Assembly: GCF_009914755.1 (NCBI RefSeq)
Contig: NC_060947.1
Direction: 5' to 3' (one strand)
DNA: 64,000 bases
Origin: the human T2T-CHM13v2.0 reference genome, Homo sapiens
Part shown: piece by piece, positions 14,387 through 29,810 of the stretch
Numbering within the stretch: position 1 is the stretch's first letter
How the letters are laid out: every line of letters begins with the position of its first letter
Notes under the pieces: generated by a model
What the model was told of the DNA's origin: nothing
Databases searched by the model: none
What the model saw: the letters and a program-made list of their open reading frames with translations, nothing else
Translations under genes and position numbers: made by a program

Positions 14387-15048
14387 AGAACCGTTTTTTA
14401 AATTTCCTTTTCGGATTATTCATTGTTGTTGTATAGAAACACAATGGATTTTTTTTTGTTAACCTTGTACCCTGCTACTTTGCTGAATTCATTTATTAGC
14501 TCTAGTGGTTGTTGTTGTGCAGTGTTTTTATTTGTAAGGAAAATTGAGAAAATTCTGAATGTTGAGCAATAGGGGACAGGTTAAACAAATTTTGAAGCAT
14601 CCATATAATAGGATCATTTCAAGCATCAGGTGTGCCTTCCTTTTTGGTATGTCTGGCATATGTTATAATGGAAGATGAATAAAGTAGCTGTTTCTAGATT
14701 GATATGGAAAGCTGTCCACGGCGTATAATTAAGTGAAAGAAAAATCAGGTTGCAGAACAGTTTCATTTCATTTACATAAAAGTCAAATGGTCATATATGC
14801 ATAATGCCAGCTCCATTGAGACAGAGATCGTTGTCTGTTTGTACACAGATGTAACCCTAGTGCCTGGCACGCTGCATGGCACATAGTAGGTGCTCAATAA
14901 TATTTATGGAGCAAATGAAAAAAAGTCTGGAAAGAAAAACACTAAATTGCCAATAGTGGTTATCACTGAAGTATAGGGATATGAGGGAACCATTATCTGT
15001 ATTATCTGAAAGTTTTTACCTGAAGCATATATTGAGGGGAAATATTTC

Positions 15049-15052
<4 letters not shown>

Positions 15053-15103
<51 letters not shown>
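15053..15103. repeat. (CA)n microsatellite
   Basis: About 25 CA units with one interruption. Confidence 0.95.
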
Positions 15104-15104
<1 letters not shown>

Positions 15105-16084
15105 TTCTCTTACCAAGTAAGTGGTTAGGAGAAAGGCATAGTGGGCCAAAGGAGGAAGGTGCCAGGACTCCATCTGAGGTAAACAGAGGCTTCTCACAGG
15201 CAGTCACTTTGGAGCTGGGCCTTACCAGGCTCCTTATTATTTATTTATTTTTTTGTCCACACAGTAGCCAGAGCGAGCTTTTCAGAATGCAAATCTGATC
15301 AGACCACTCCTTGGCTTAAAACTCTGATGGCTTCCTTACCTGCAGGCTCAAGCCCAGCCCCCCAACCTGGCACAGGAAGCCCTTTGTGATCTGGTCCCTG
15401 CTATCTTTACTTGCAGCAACTCACCAATATAGATTTTAATGTTTTATTATGAAAATTGAAAAACCACAAAACCAGAGAGACTATATAATCAACTCCCATA
15501 TTTTCATTCAATCCACTTTAACAGTGATCAACATTTTAAAATTTTGTTTTACCCATGTCCCCCTCCCTCCCCACCCTCCATATACATTTTCCTCCTCTGG
15601 AGCATCCAGATACAGTTCATCTATAAATACTTCTCTTTATCTCTCTATAAGATGAGGATATAAAATATATGTGTATATAACCACCATGCTGTTATTGTAC
15701 TTAACAAAATTATCAATAATTTCTTAACATAACCTGTCCAATGTTCCCTCATTGTTTTAATAACATCTTTTTACAGTTGGTTTGCTTGGATACCGTCAAA
15801 TATCCTGTGTTCCAGCAACACCAAGCTGCTTATTGCTTCCCTAAATTTCCTGTGCCTTCTTGCCTTCATGTATTCCAGTCCCTTTGCCTGGAATGCCTCC
15901 TCCCATGCCTGGCCCAAGATTCAGCTTGAGTGTCACCGCCTGCTTGTAGCCTTCATGGTTGCCCCAGTCTAGATTGCTTGTCTCCTCCTCTGTGTTAATA
16001 ATACCTAGAATAAGGCATTGCTCTGTCTTATTACATAGTTCTACCATTCTCTAAGTATGTATTGAGAGAGAGAGAGAGAGGAGA

Positions 16085-16400
16085 CTGGGCGCGGTGGCTC
16101 ACACCTGTAATCCCAGCACTTTGGGAGGCTGAGGCGGGCGGATCACGAGGTCAGGAGATCGAGACCATCCTGGCTAACATGGTGAAACCCCGTCTCTACT
16201 AAAAATACAAAAAATTAGCCGAGCGTGGTGGCGGGCGCCTGTAGTCCCAGCTACTCGGGAGGCTGAGGCAGGAGAATGGCGTGAACCTGGGGGAGGCGGA
16301 GCTTGCAGTGAGCTGAGACTGTGCCACTGCACTCCAGCCTGGGCGACAGAGTGAGACTCCATCTCAAAAAAAAAAAAAAAAAAAAAAAAAAGAAAGAAAA
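16085..16400 (+). mobile_element. AluY-like
   Basis: Diagnostic gagatcgagaccatcctggctaac, gaatggcgtgaacc and ggagcttgcag; long polyA; flanked by (GA)n. Confidence 0.95.
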
Positions 16401-16519
16401 AGAGAGAGAGAGGAGGAGAGAGAAATAGATAATGATAAATGATAGATGGTATCTGGGGATTGCCAGGACAAGATGGCTACTTTAGTTAGGGTAGGGTGGT
16501 CACAGTATTATTATTATAA

Positions 16520-17434
<915 letters not shown>

Positions 17435-17779
17435 CTAGGGTATTTAATTGAGTCAGACAACTGAATGAGGAGAAGGAGCCAGTCTAGGGAAGATTGGGGC
17501 ATTCCAAGCAGGACTAGCGTGTGCATAGATCATGAGGTGAGGGGCCCCTGTCTTAGACAGCTCTATTTATGTCTGTCTTTACCTCTACGTCTGTAGATCT
17601 CATCCTTTTTGTAATCACAAAACTCCTTTGAGTGTTGAGACTCTGATAATAGCTATGGCTCTGTGCCCCAGAAAAATGTACATATGTACAGTCACACAAA
17701 TTTGCATACTATTTCCCTAATTCCTGAAGCCAGGGAACCCCAGGAAGTTTCCTTACCCACAGCGTGTTCACATTTAGAG

Positions 17780-18025
17780 CAAGAACAGTGTCTACTACTA
17801 ATATATAACATGCGCTCTACTACATGCTTTTCTGCATTATCTCTTTGGTCCCTCGCAACCACCCCCATGAGGTAGGCACAGGTAAGTGTCGCCATTTGAT
17901 AGACAATAAGACTAAGGCTCAGAGAGAGGGAGTTACTTGGCCAAGGTCACACAGCTAGTAAGTGAAGGGAGAGGCTTAAACTCAGGCAGTCTGAGGCTGA
18001 AGTGTGTTATGTTGCATGCCAAGGC
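17780..18025 (-). mobile_element. MIR SINE
   Basis: actaaggctcagagagagg...acttggccaaggtcacacagctagtaagt. Confidence 0.8.
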
Positions 18026-20377
18026 ACTACCGGTCAGCTTTGGGCCCAGCACTGAGCAGGAGGTTTGGGGATCTGCCCCTGGCAAATGCAGAGAAGGAGG
18101 AGCTGCAGGAGCTTTCTGTATAGGGGCTTAGAGATGTCAAAACACACTTGTTTACGTGGTTGTTTTCTTTCATTCTTCTGCTTTTCTCTTCCTCCTTCTT
18201 TTCCTTCTCCTCTTCCTCTTTTTCCTTTTTTTTGTTGAATGACAATATTTGATTTTCTTATAAAGAAGTCTTTCTGCCTTAGAGTCTTTTAAATATATAA
18301 TTGGAAATATACTACTGCTGTCTCTGTGACAGCTAGCATTGAATGCAGCAGAGGCAGATCCACCCTCCCCAAAGGAAAACTGGTGGGAATTTTCCATTGA
18401 CTTAAAAAAAAATGTTATGTATTAACTTTTTTGGGACCAGGTAATACATTCACATGGTTCAAAAATCAAAAGGTACAAAAAGGAACTGAGTGCAGGTCGC
18501 CCTCACTCTGCCACTTGCCATCTGGTTCCCTTGCCCAGAGGCAACTGAGGTGTCCCAGTTCCTTGTGTATTTTCCCAAAGGTGTTTTATGCACATATATG
18601 CATATCCAATATCGATATTCCTTTTTAAGTGGTTATTTTCTTACCCCTTGAGTTGGAGACATAGTCTACACTTCTTTCTTGGTCTCTTTGGCCCTTGTGA
18701 GTGCCCTGGAGACAGAGGGGGCTGGTGGGTTTCCTATAAGCACTGGGTTTTCCTCAGAGGTGAGCCTTCCCTGGACCATTTCCAAGGCAGGCCCTCCTGT
18801 CCAGAATACACGCTTTTCAAAGTGCTTCCATCTTTGGTAATTCATCAACCACTCACAATAGCCCATGAGGTGCAAGAATTATTCACCCCATTTTATGGGT
18901 ATGGAAACAGACCCAGAAAGGTCAAGCAACTTGCTGAAAAGCACACAAACGAATGAATGCTACTGTGTGGTGAGGGCCCAGAAGCAGCATGTGGCTTGGT
19001 CCAGCTTGGGCTTTGGAAGCAGTAAGAAAGTTGTTTACTTCAAAGTCACAGTTTAAAAATATTCTAGTGGCACTAGTGTGGGACAGTGGAAAAAGTAAGG
19101 GAATTTGCAGTTCCAGCCGGGTTTTTCTTCCTGGCTCTGCCACTTAAAAAGGGGCATGTTACTTCATCATTCTTAGCCTCAATTTTCTAATCTATAGAGT
19201 GGGGATGATAATACCCACTAGCAGGGTGGATAGTGACGTACAAGTGAAAATGATCTGTAAAATGGGGCATATGCCAATGCTTGCTTTACCATTGTTGTTA
19301 TAGTTATTGTGGCTGGTCCCTTGCAGACACAAGGGGTGGGTGGTGGCGGGGTCGGCAGCAATTTCCTAAAGGTAAGACAGGCAGGCTTATGGTGGGGACA
19401 AATTTGCCCCACCCTCAAGCCAACTGATCTAAAAAGCATCCCCCTCCCCCGCATCCCCCTCCCCGCCATCGCCCCCACTGATCGGTCTTCCAGGCAATTA
19501 GAACAGCCCCAGGGCCTGAGCACAAAGTCTTCCTCAGTGGGTGTCTTGAACTGACTTTGATCTGTAACTACCCCCTAACTCCCCGCGGATCAATTGTTTC
19601 TTTTTTTTTTTTGGGGTTTATGTATTTATTTTTTTCTATTATTAAAGTAAAATGTGCCCACTACAGAAAATTTGGAAAATACTGAAAAGTAGAAATGTGC
19701 TCCCACAGCTCTGAGCTCATGTTGATAACAGAGCTGGAAACATGTTGGGATCTGCTTCTTTTTCTCCTCCCTTGCCTTGTCTGGGAATTCCTAGACAGCC
19801 AGGATGGATGGGGCTGTGTGCTTGTCTGCCGTCCCGGTCCCAGTAGTTAGTTGAAGGAGCTTTGTAAATATTTGGTAAATAAAATTACAATATCATGACA
19901 TTTAGTTGTCTCTTCCTCATCTCTCCCATTATCTCCCATCCCCATTTTTCCATGTTGCCAACTCCCCAGAGGTTGCAGTAACACCACACATTACAACTTC
20001 CTCCCCTTTTCATTATGTGCCAATTGTCTACTGGGAAGCATCCTTTCTATCCATGGAAGTGCTCCTCTTGGATCTGACATGCCAACACACCTTTTCCATC
20101 CCTAAATCACTCCCTGGACAGGGACAGCTCCTCCCCAGGGTGCCAATAAGCCCCTCTCCATGACTGCAGTGCCAGTATTCCTACCCCACCATGGACAGCC
20201 CCAGTGCAACACAGAGCTTGGCCTTCTGTCCCAAGAACTTGGGCTAGGGACACACTAGTTCCCCAGTGAGGTCAGACTCTCAAGCCGGGCCAGAGTAGAG
20301 ATTGGAAGGAACAGGGTTATTCTTGACACTTCAGCGAGAAGAAAAGTTCAGAACTGTGTGTGCTGTCAGTGGCGCTT

Positions 20378-20425
20378 TACAATGAAGACAACGGGACAAA
20401 GAGGTAGGTTTTCAAAGATTTTATT
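20378..20425 (-). terminator. HDAC8 polyadenylation signal AATAAA with downstream U/GU-rich element
   Basis: Plus tttatt at 20420-20425 reads AATAAA on minus and is followed on minus by TTTGTCCCGTTGTCTTCATTGT. Confidence 0.85.
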
Positions 20426-20942
20426 AAAAAAACCAAAGATATATAACACTAAAACAACACCAGCGGACTTCTCCCCACCTCCCAGTCTGCTGATCAGTAC
20501 CCTCTCTCCCAGGGCTCCACCTGGATGGTCCTGAGGCCCAAACCCTGCCTCTCAGCTGCCTCCTGCCCTACAAACTGGTGACTGCTCTCATCCAGCTTCT
20601 GATCTGTTTCATTTAAGATGATTAAAATACTCCCCTCCCCAATTCGCTTAAAAATAATTTTCAAAGATTAAAAATTTCATTTGTGTGTGTGTGTTTTTTT
20701 AAATAAGAACTTTAAATGTGGGATATCTCCTTCTTCCCCTAGGTCCAGTTGAGGACTCTGGGGTGCCTGCCTCTTCACCCCAGGAAGCCAGCTGCCACTT
20801 GATGCCCCTTGGAAATTTTCAGGAAGTAATTTCTTTCAAATTTTCCCTGCAGTCACAAATTCCACAAACTGCTTGCATAAACACGCTGTCTTCATTATAG
20901 GCACCACTCCTCAGCTCTGGAAACCTGATCTCTTTCTGTCAA
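20403..20942 (-). other. HDAC8: HDAC8 3' UTR (3' end approximate)
   Basis: Repeat-free sequence between the TAG stop and the AATAAA signal at 20420-20425; cleavage site inferred about 15-20 nt downstream of the signal. Confidence 0.85.
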
Positions 20943-20965
20943 CTAGACCACATGCTTCAGATTCC
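20943..20965 (-). CDS. HDAC8: HDAC8 terminal exon coding part: (G)GG AAT CTG AAG CAT GTG GTC TAG = GNLKHVV*
   Basis: Pyrimidine-rich acceptor ttttctcccctgtttgcAG (plus ct at 20966-20967). The phase-1 junction with the upstream exon yields ...NYIKGNLKHVV*, the known HDAC8 C-terminus. Confidence 0.96.
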
Positions 20966-21044
20966 CTGCAAACAGGGGAGAAAACAAAATTCAAAGTCAG
21001 GTAATGTATGTGAATTATACCCCAATAGAGCTATTTTTTAAAAA

Positions 21045-21330
21045 GCACTTATATTTTGGGGCTTATTCTCTGCTGCTCTTGGGAACTCTGTGACCTCGCC
21101 ATAAGGAACAAGACCAGAATAGCTTGCTGGATGATGAGAAACAAATGGCCCAGAGATCCCTGTCACCCAGGCAACCACCAGCCAATTACTGGACATGTGA
21201 TCGAGGCCTTTGACAGCCAGCTGACTGCAGATGCTGGGTGTATCCAGCCAGAACCAGAAGAGCCACCCAGCTGAACTCAGCTCAATTGCCAATCTATAGA
21301 GTCATGAGCTAAACAAATGGTTGTTTTAAG
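21045..21330 (+). mobile_element. MLT1-type MaLR LTR fragment
   Basis: gccacccagctgaactcagc...catgagctaaacaaatggttgttttaag resembles an MLT1 3' end. Confidence 0.7.
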
Positions 21331-21836
21331 TCTCTCTCTCTCTCTCGTAACACTTTTCAGAGTTCATTCTTTACTAACTGCATCAAATCTCATGCTCCCC
21401 ACCCCCAACTTTTCTTCCTTCCCTTAGCAAGGCACAACCCTCCTAGCATTTTCTCTTGTGAGTACCTGTGAAACACGGATTGGGGGCTTTCCTCTGATCT
21501 CAGGCCTAAGAGTCTTTGAGGGAAAAGTGATCATTTGAAATCCTACCGGACTGGGCTCTAGGAATGAAAAGTTGCTCACTTTGTCCCTCCGTAGTCTTTG
21601 CCTTGCCACACTTCCCCAAGTAGAAACACTGGGCTCCAAACCCTACTGGCCACTTCTCTGAAACAGAAACAATGCTCCCTGAGGGCAGGGCCTGGCTGTC
21701 TTACTTTTGGTTGATTTCCAAAGTCTTGCACAGTGCCTCACTCATAGTAGGTGCTCAGTAAATGGCTGAATGAATGGACGAATGAAAGGAAGGAAGGAAA
21801 GAAGAAACAAGTCAGAAACAAACTACTTGCCTATCT

Positions 21837-22122
<286 letters not shown>

Positions 22123-22129
22123 TTGCCTA

Positions 22130-24062
<1,933 letters not shown>

Positions 24063-24262
24063 TAATTTCTTAGTTCACGCCTTCTCCACATCTTATGAGT
24101 TGTGAAGCCTAACCTCAAGATGTCTCTCCAATCTATCCCCTTCTTTCTGTTCCACTGTCTCTGCTTTAGTCACATCTCTTGTTACTCAGGTCACTGCGAC
24201 AACCTCTTATCTGGTCCTCCTGCTTCTAGAGCTATTCCCTGCACAATTGCTAGCTGTGATCA

Positions 24263-24703
<441 letters not shown>

Positions 24704-26296
24704 TCAGCTGAGGACAACCTACAGGGGACACTGGTGTGAAGTGAGAGTCCTTCCATCTGTAAGTATAGCCAGAGCTAGGGGAATGACTGAATGCAAGGAT
24801 GAACAAAATTCCATGTCAAAGCATTCCAACAAGACATGTTCGCAGGGAGGAAAGGTGGGTGCTGTACTCCTCTGCTGCTCTGCCTCACTCTCCAGTTAAA
24901 TTTGGAGGCAATTAAGAAAAACAACAGAAATAATTTTCACCAAGAAGTTGATGATGAGCAATGTTGAATTGGGGTAACAATAAAAATGCAAGCTTAAATA
25001 ATGCCCATTGTTTTCCCCTCACATCTAGCTTTTCCAGCAGTGGGTGGCAGCCTGAGAAAATTCTAAAGGCTAGCACAGGCTGGGGCCTAGGGAGACAAGA
25101 AGTTCAGACCACAGCGGGCAGACTCAACTGCCTAGAGAGGCCAAGAATATACTGTTTGTAAAGCAGGCTGGGGGCAAGACACAAGGGGCCCTCTTGATCC
25201 TTTTTTCATTTTCTTACTTTGAATCATGACATAAGTGTAAGAAATATTTCCCTTTTTTCTTAACTCTGCCACAGAAGAAAACAAAACCAAGACAGTGTAA
25301 ATGGAAACTCACACTTGGCCTAGAGTAAGAGATACAAAAGGGACTGGTGGGGCTTGTGGCAAAGAGGAAGGTACCTGCTGGCAAAAGTGGGCAGCTGCTG
25401 CTCAGCTCCAGCCACTCACCACTGTGCAGTCCTGTCGGCCCCATGGGACCGAGTCCTTCCATTTTCCAAGAGAAGTCCAAATTTCACATTTTTATGCAGT
25501 TTCCACTGTGTTAAATTTGGGCAAATGACTGACATTTTAAAAGAATATCATATGAGGCATTAAGATGAGTGGCCAAACAGAACAATTTTGGAGGCGAGAT
25601 GTAGCTTATGGACTGCCAGTTTGTGATTTCTGGTTATCTCTGAAACAGTCTTGATTTATACCTAAGGCACCCCATTTCACTCTCAAATATCCTGGTTTGG
25701 ACAATAAACTATACTGTTACTCTAGCTCTGATGTACAAGAAGGAGTACTGAACTGGGACTCAGGGGGCCTGGGTTCTACTGAACCACTGGTTGACTCATT
25801 TGTTTATCAATTTATTCAATAAACATTTATGGCGTGTCTACTCTGTGCCAGGTATTTTGTTAGGTGTTGATGAACAATCTCTTTAGTCTTTCTTTTTTAA
25901 ATTAATATATTTTACTTTTAGAACAGTTTTAAGTTTATAGAAAAACTGAAGAGAAAGTACAGAGAGCTCTCATATATTTCCTTCCCCTTCCCCTACAGGC
26001 AGTTTCCCCTATTATTAACATCTTGCATTAGTGTGATACATTTATTATAGTTAGTGAATGGATACTGATACATTATCATTAACTTAAGTCCACTGTTTAC
26101 GTTAAGATTCGCTTTTGGTCTTGCACAGTTCTATGAGTTTTGAAAAGTATATAATGTTATGTATCCACCATTAGAGTATCATGCAGGAATAGTTTCACTG
26201 CCCTCAAAATCACCTGTGTTCCATGGACTCATCCCTCCCTTCCTTTCACTGAAGCCCGGCAACCATCATCTTTTTACAGTCATATGGTTAGAATCA

Positions 26297-26855
<559 letters not shown>

Positions 26856-27179
26856 AAAAGACCCCCAAACATTCATGTGCAGGTTTTCGTGTGGACATGA
26901 GTTTTTAATTCATTTGGGTAATTACTAAGGAGTGTGATTGCTAGATCATGTGGTAAGAATATGTTTATTTTTGTAAGAAAATACCAAAATGTCTTCCCAA
27001 GTGACTGTACCATATTGCATTCCTACCAGCAATGAATGAGAGTTCCTGTAGTTCTACATCCTTAACAGCATTTGGTGTTGTCACTGCCTTGGATTTTAGC
27101 CATTCTAATAGATATGTAATGGTATCTCATTTTAATTTGCAATTCCTTAGTGACCATGATATTGGGCATCTTTTCACAT

Positions 27180-27391
27180 ATAGTCTCTGACTTAAGATGT
27201 TTCAACTTTATGATGGTACAAAAGTAATAATGCATTCAGTACACTCCTCAACTTGAGATGGGGTGACATCTAGATAATCCCATCATAAGTTGAAGATACT
27301 GTAAGTTGAAAACATACTTTCCACTTATATTTTCAACTTACAATGGATTTATTGGGACATAACCCCACTGCAATAGGCAGAGGAGCATCTG
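27180..27391. mobile_element. MER47-like Tigger DNA transposon fossil
   Basis: cccatcataagttgaa...tttcaacttacaatggatttattgggacataacccc...gaggagcatctg. Confidence 0.7.
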
Positions 27392-27449
27392 CACTTACTT
27401 GCTGTCTGTATATCTTCTTTGGTGAGGTGCCTATTAATATCTTTTGTCC

Positions 27450-27934
27450 ATTTTTATTTTTTTTAAATATTTTTAAATTTTTTGTAGAGATGGGGTCTTG
27501 CTATGCTGCCCAAGCTGGTTTTGAACTCCTGGCCTCAAGCAATCCTCCCTCCTAAGCCTCTCAAAGTTCTGGGATTACAGGCAGGAGCCACCACACCCCC
27601 AAAATGGGCTCGCTTTTGCCCATTTTAATTTTTTTATTTAATTTTTTTTTTTGAGACAGGGTCTCGCTCTGTTGCCCAGGCTGGAATGTAGTAGTGTGAT
27701 CACAGCTCACTTCAGTCTTGACTTCTTGGGCTCAAGTGATCCTCCCACCTCAGCCTCCTGAGCAGCTGGGACTACAGGCACATGCTACCATGTCTGGCTA
27801 ATTTTTAAATTTTTTGTGGAGACAGGGTTTCACCATGTTGCCCAGGCTGTTCTCAAACTCCTGGACTCAATCGATCTGCCCACCTTGGCCTCCCAAAGTG
27901 CTGAGATTACAGGAGTGAGCTACTGCACTCAGCC
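27450..27934 (-). mobile_element. Alu monomer (27450-27600) and AluJ-like dimer (27622-27934)
   Basis: Reverse Alu sequences. Confidence 0.9.
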
Positions 27935-28091
27935 TCTTTTGCCCACTTAAAAATTGAGTGTTTTCTTATTGTTGAGTTTTAAGAGTTCTTTGTATATTTT
28001 GGATTGAACTCCTTTACTGGATATGAATTTTGCAAATATTTCTCCCAGTCTGTGGTTTGTCTTTTTATTCTCTTAATCTTTTTAATGTGGA

Positions 28092-28292
28092 GCAGTGCGG
28101 TCCAATAGAACTTTCTTGGATGATGTGACCATCCTACAGCTATGCTGCTCAATATGGTAGCCACTAGTCACATGTGGCTATTGAGCACTTGAAATATGTC
28201 TAGTGCAAGTGAGGAACAGAATTTTATATTTTGTTTAATTTTAATGAACTTAGCCACATGTGGCTAGTGGTGAGACTATAGTGGACAGAGCA
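28092..28292. mobile_element. MER3-like hAT-Charlie MITE
   Basis: cagtgcggtccaatagaactttc...agccactagtcacatgtggcta...tagccacatgtggctagtgg...ggacag. Confidence 0.8.
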
Positions 28293-28339
28293 GACATAGA
28301 ACAGTCCTCTTGTGCTTTTTTTTTCCTTCATGACGTTGA

Positions 28340-29165
28340 CTAGGGGTCATCCTTACTCCTCCTTTGTTTACAACCTTCCTTTTCAATCTATTAGCAAGTC
28401 CTGTGGATTCTACCTCCAAAATAGATTCCAAATCTACCTCTTTTTTTCCCTCCTTCACTGCTGTAACTGTACCCCAAACTATTCTTACCCTTTATGTGGA
28501 TGATTCTAATAGCCTCAAGACTGGTCTCCTTGCTTCCTTCCTTGTCTCCTACAACCCTGTTCTCTATATAGCAGCCAGAGTATTTTGTTAATACTTAGGA
28601 CAGACCACATCACTCCTATGCTCAAATCCCTCTAACAGCCTCCAATCACAATAAAATCTAAGTTACTCACCTGCAGGGGCCGGTCCCTTGCCTCCTGTCT
28701 CCTACCACCACCCTCCTTGCTCACTTGAGTCTTCTTTGTGTGGCTTGAGCACAGAAATCATTTTTCCCTCTTAGGGCTTCTCCTGTCTTTGAACTTGCTC
28801 TTCCTTCTTCCTGGAATGCTCTGTCCTGGCTATCCCCATTTCCAACTCTTCTCATAACCTTTGTCACCTTGAGTCGACGAGTCTCAACCCCAAAGTCACT
28901 TCTGAGAGACCTTAGGACCACCCAAGCTAAGAAGCCACCCCCTCAGTCACTCCTTTTCTGTCACATGATTCTGTTTTATTTTCTTCAATCCACTTAGCGC
29001 ACAGAAAACATCTTGTGTGTTTGTTTCTTTATTTGCTCGCTGTTGGCTTCCTCTCACCACCTCTATGAGGGCAGGGACCTTGTCTGCTGTCTTGGTCATT
29101 ACTCTACTGTTAGCACCCTCAGTAGTGCCTGACACCTAGTAGGTGCTCAGTACCTATTCACTGAA
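28340..29165 (+). mobile_element. L2 LINE 3' fragment
   Basis: Ends gtgcctgacacctagtaggtgctcag, typical of the L2 3' end. Confidence 0.75.
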
Positions 29166-29525
29166 GGAAAAGACATCTGTAGACTACAGGGCAGTTGATC
29201 AAGCACTTTCCCATTAAATTCCCAGAGGCTTAAAGCTTGGTCATTGCTCTTAAGGACCTTATAAGTGTGGGTAAGGTGAGCAAACACATGCTAACAAAAG
29301 GAGAACCAGGCTAGGATACATAAGTTCTGAACGCAATCAGCATCACAGCAGTTTGGAGGGATGCTGGTGTGATCTCAGGAACCCTTGGAGGTTGGGTGGC
29401 ACCACAAAGGAACAGAGAAGTGAATTTAGGACTGTTGAAAAATGTTTCCAAAACTTCTGTCATATGAGTACCTCTTTTAGGAATGTTTTTATATCTACTT
29501 AACAGCTGTATTAATAGTCACCTTG

Positions 29526-29573
29526 ATATATATATATATATATTTATAAATATATATAAATATATATATACAA

Positions 29574-29604
<31 letters not shown>

Positions 29605-29605
29605 A
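29526..29605. repeat. (TA)n AT-rich simple repeat
   Basis: Seen directly. Confidence 0.9.
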
Positions 29606-29656
29606 TTTTTTTATTTTTTTATTTTTTGGGTTATTAACTCACTTTTAAACCTTCAG

Positions 29657-29810
29657 GCCAAGCCCAGTGGCTCACGCCTGTAATCCCAGCACTTTGGGAG
29701 TCTGAGGCATGAGGATCCCTTGAGCCCAGGAGTTCGAGACCAGCCTGGGGAAAATAGGGAGTCCCTGTCTCTATTAATTTTTAAAAAGAAATTTTAAAAA
29801 ATAAGAAAAA
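29657..29810 (+). mobile_element. FLAM / Alu monomer
   Basis: Single left-arm-like monomer with an A-rich tail. Confidence 0.85.

Noticed and set aside
19598-19630. Second AATAAA on the minus strand followed by an A-run
   Set aside because: It looks like the polyA remnant of an old retroelement. cDNA ends here would likely be internal priming, so it was not called as an HDAC8 polyA site.
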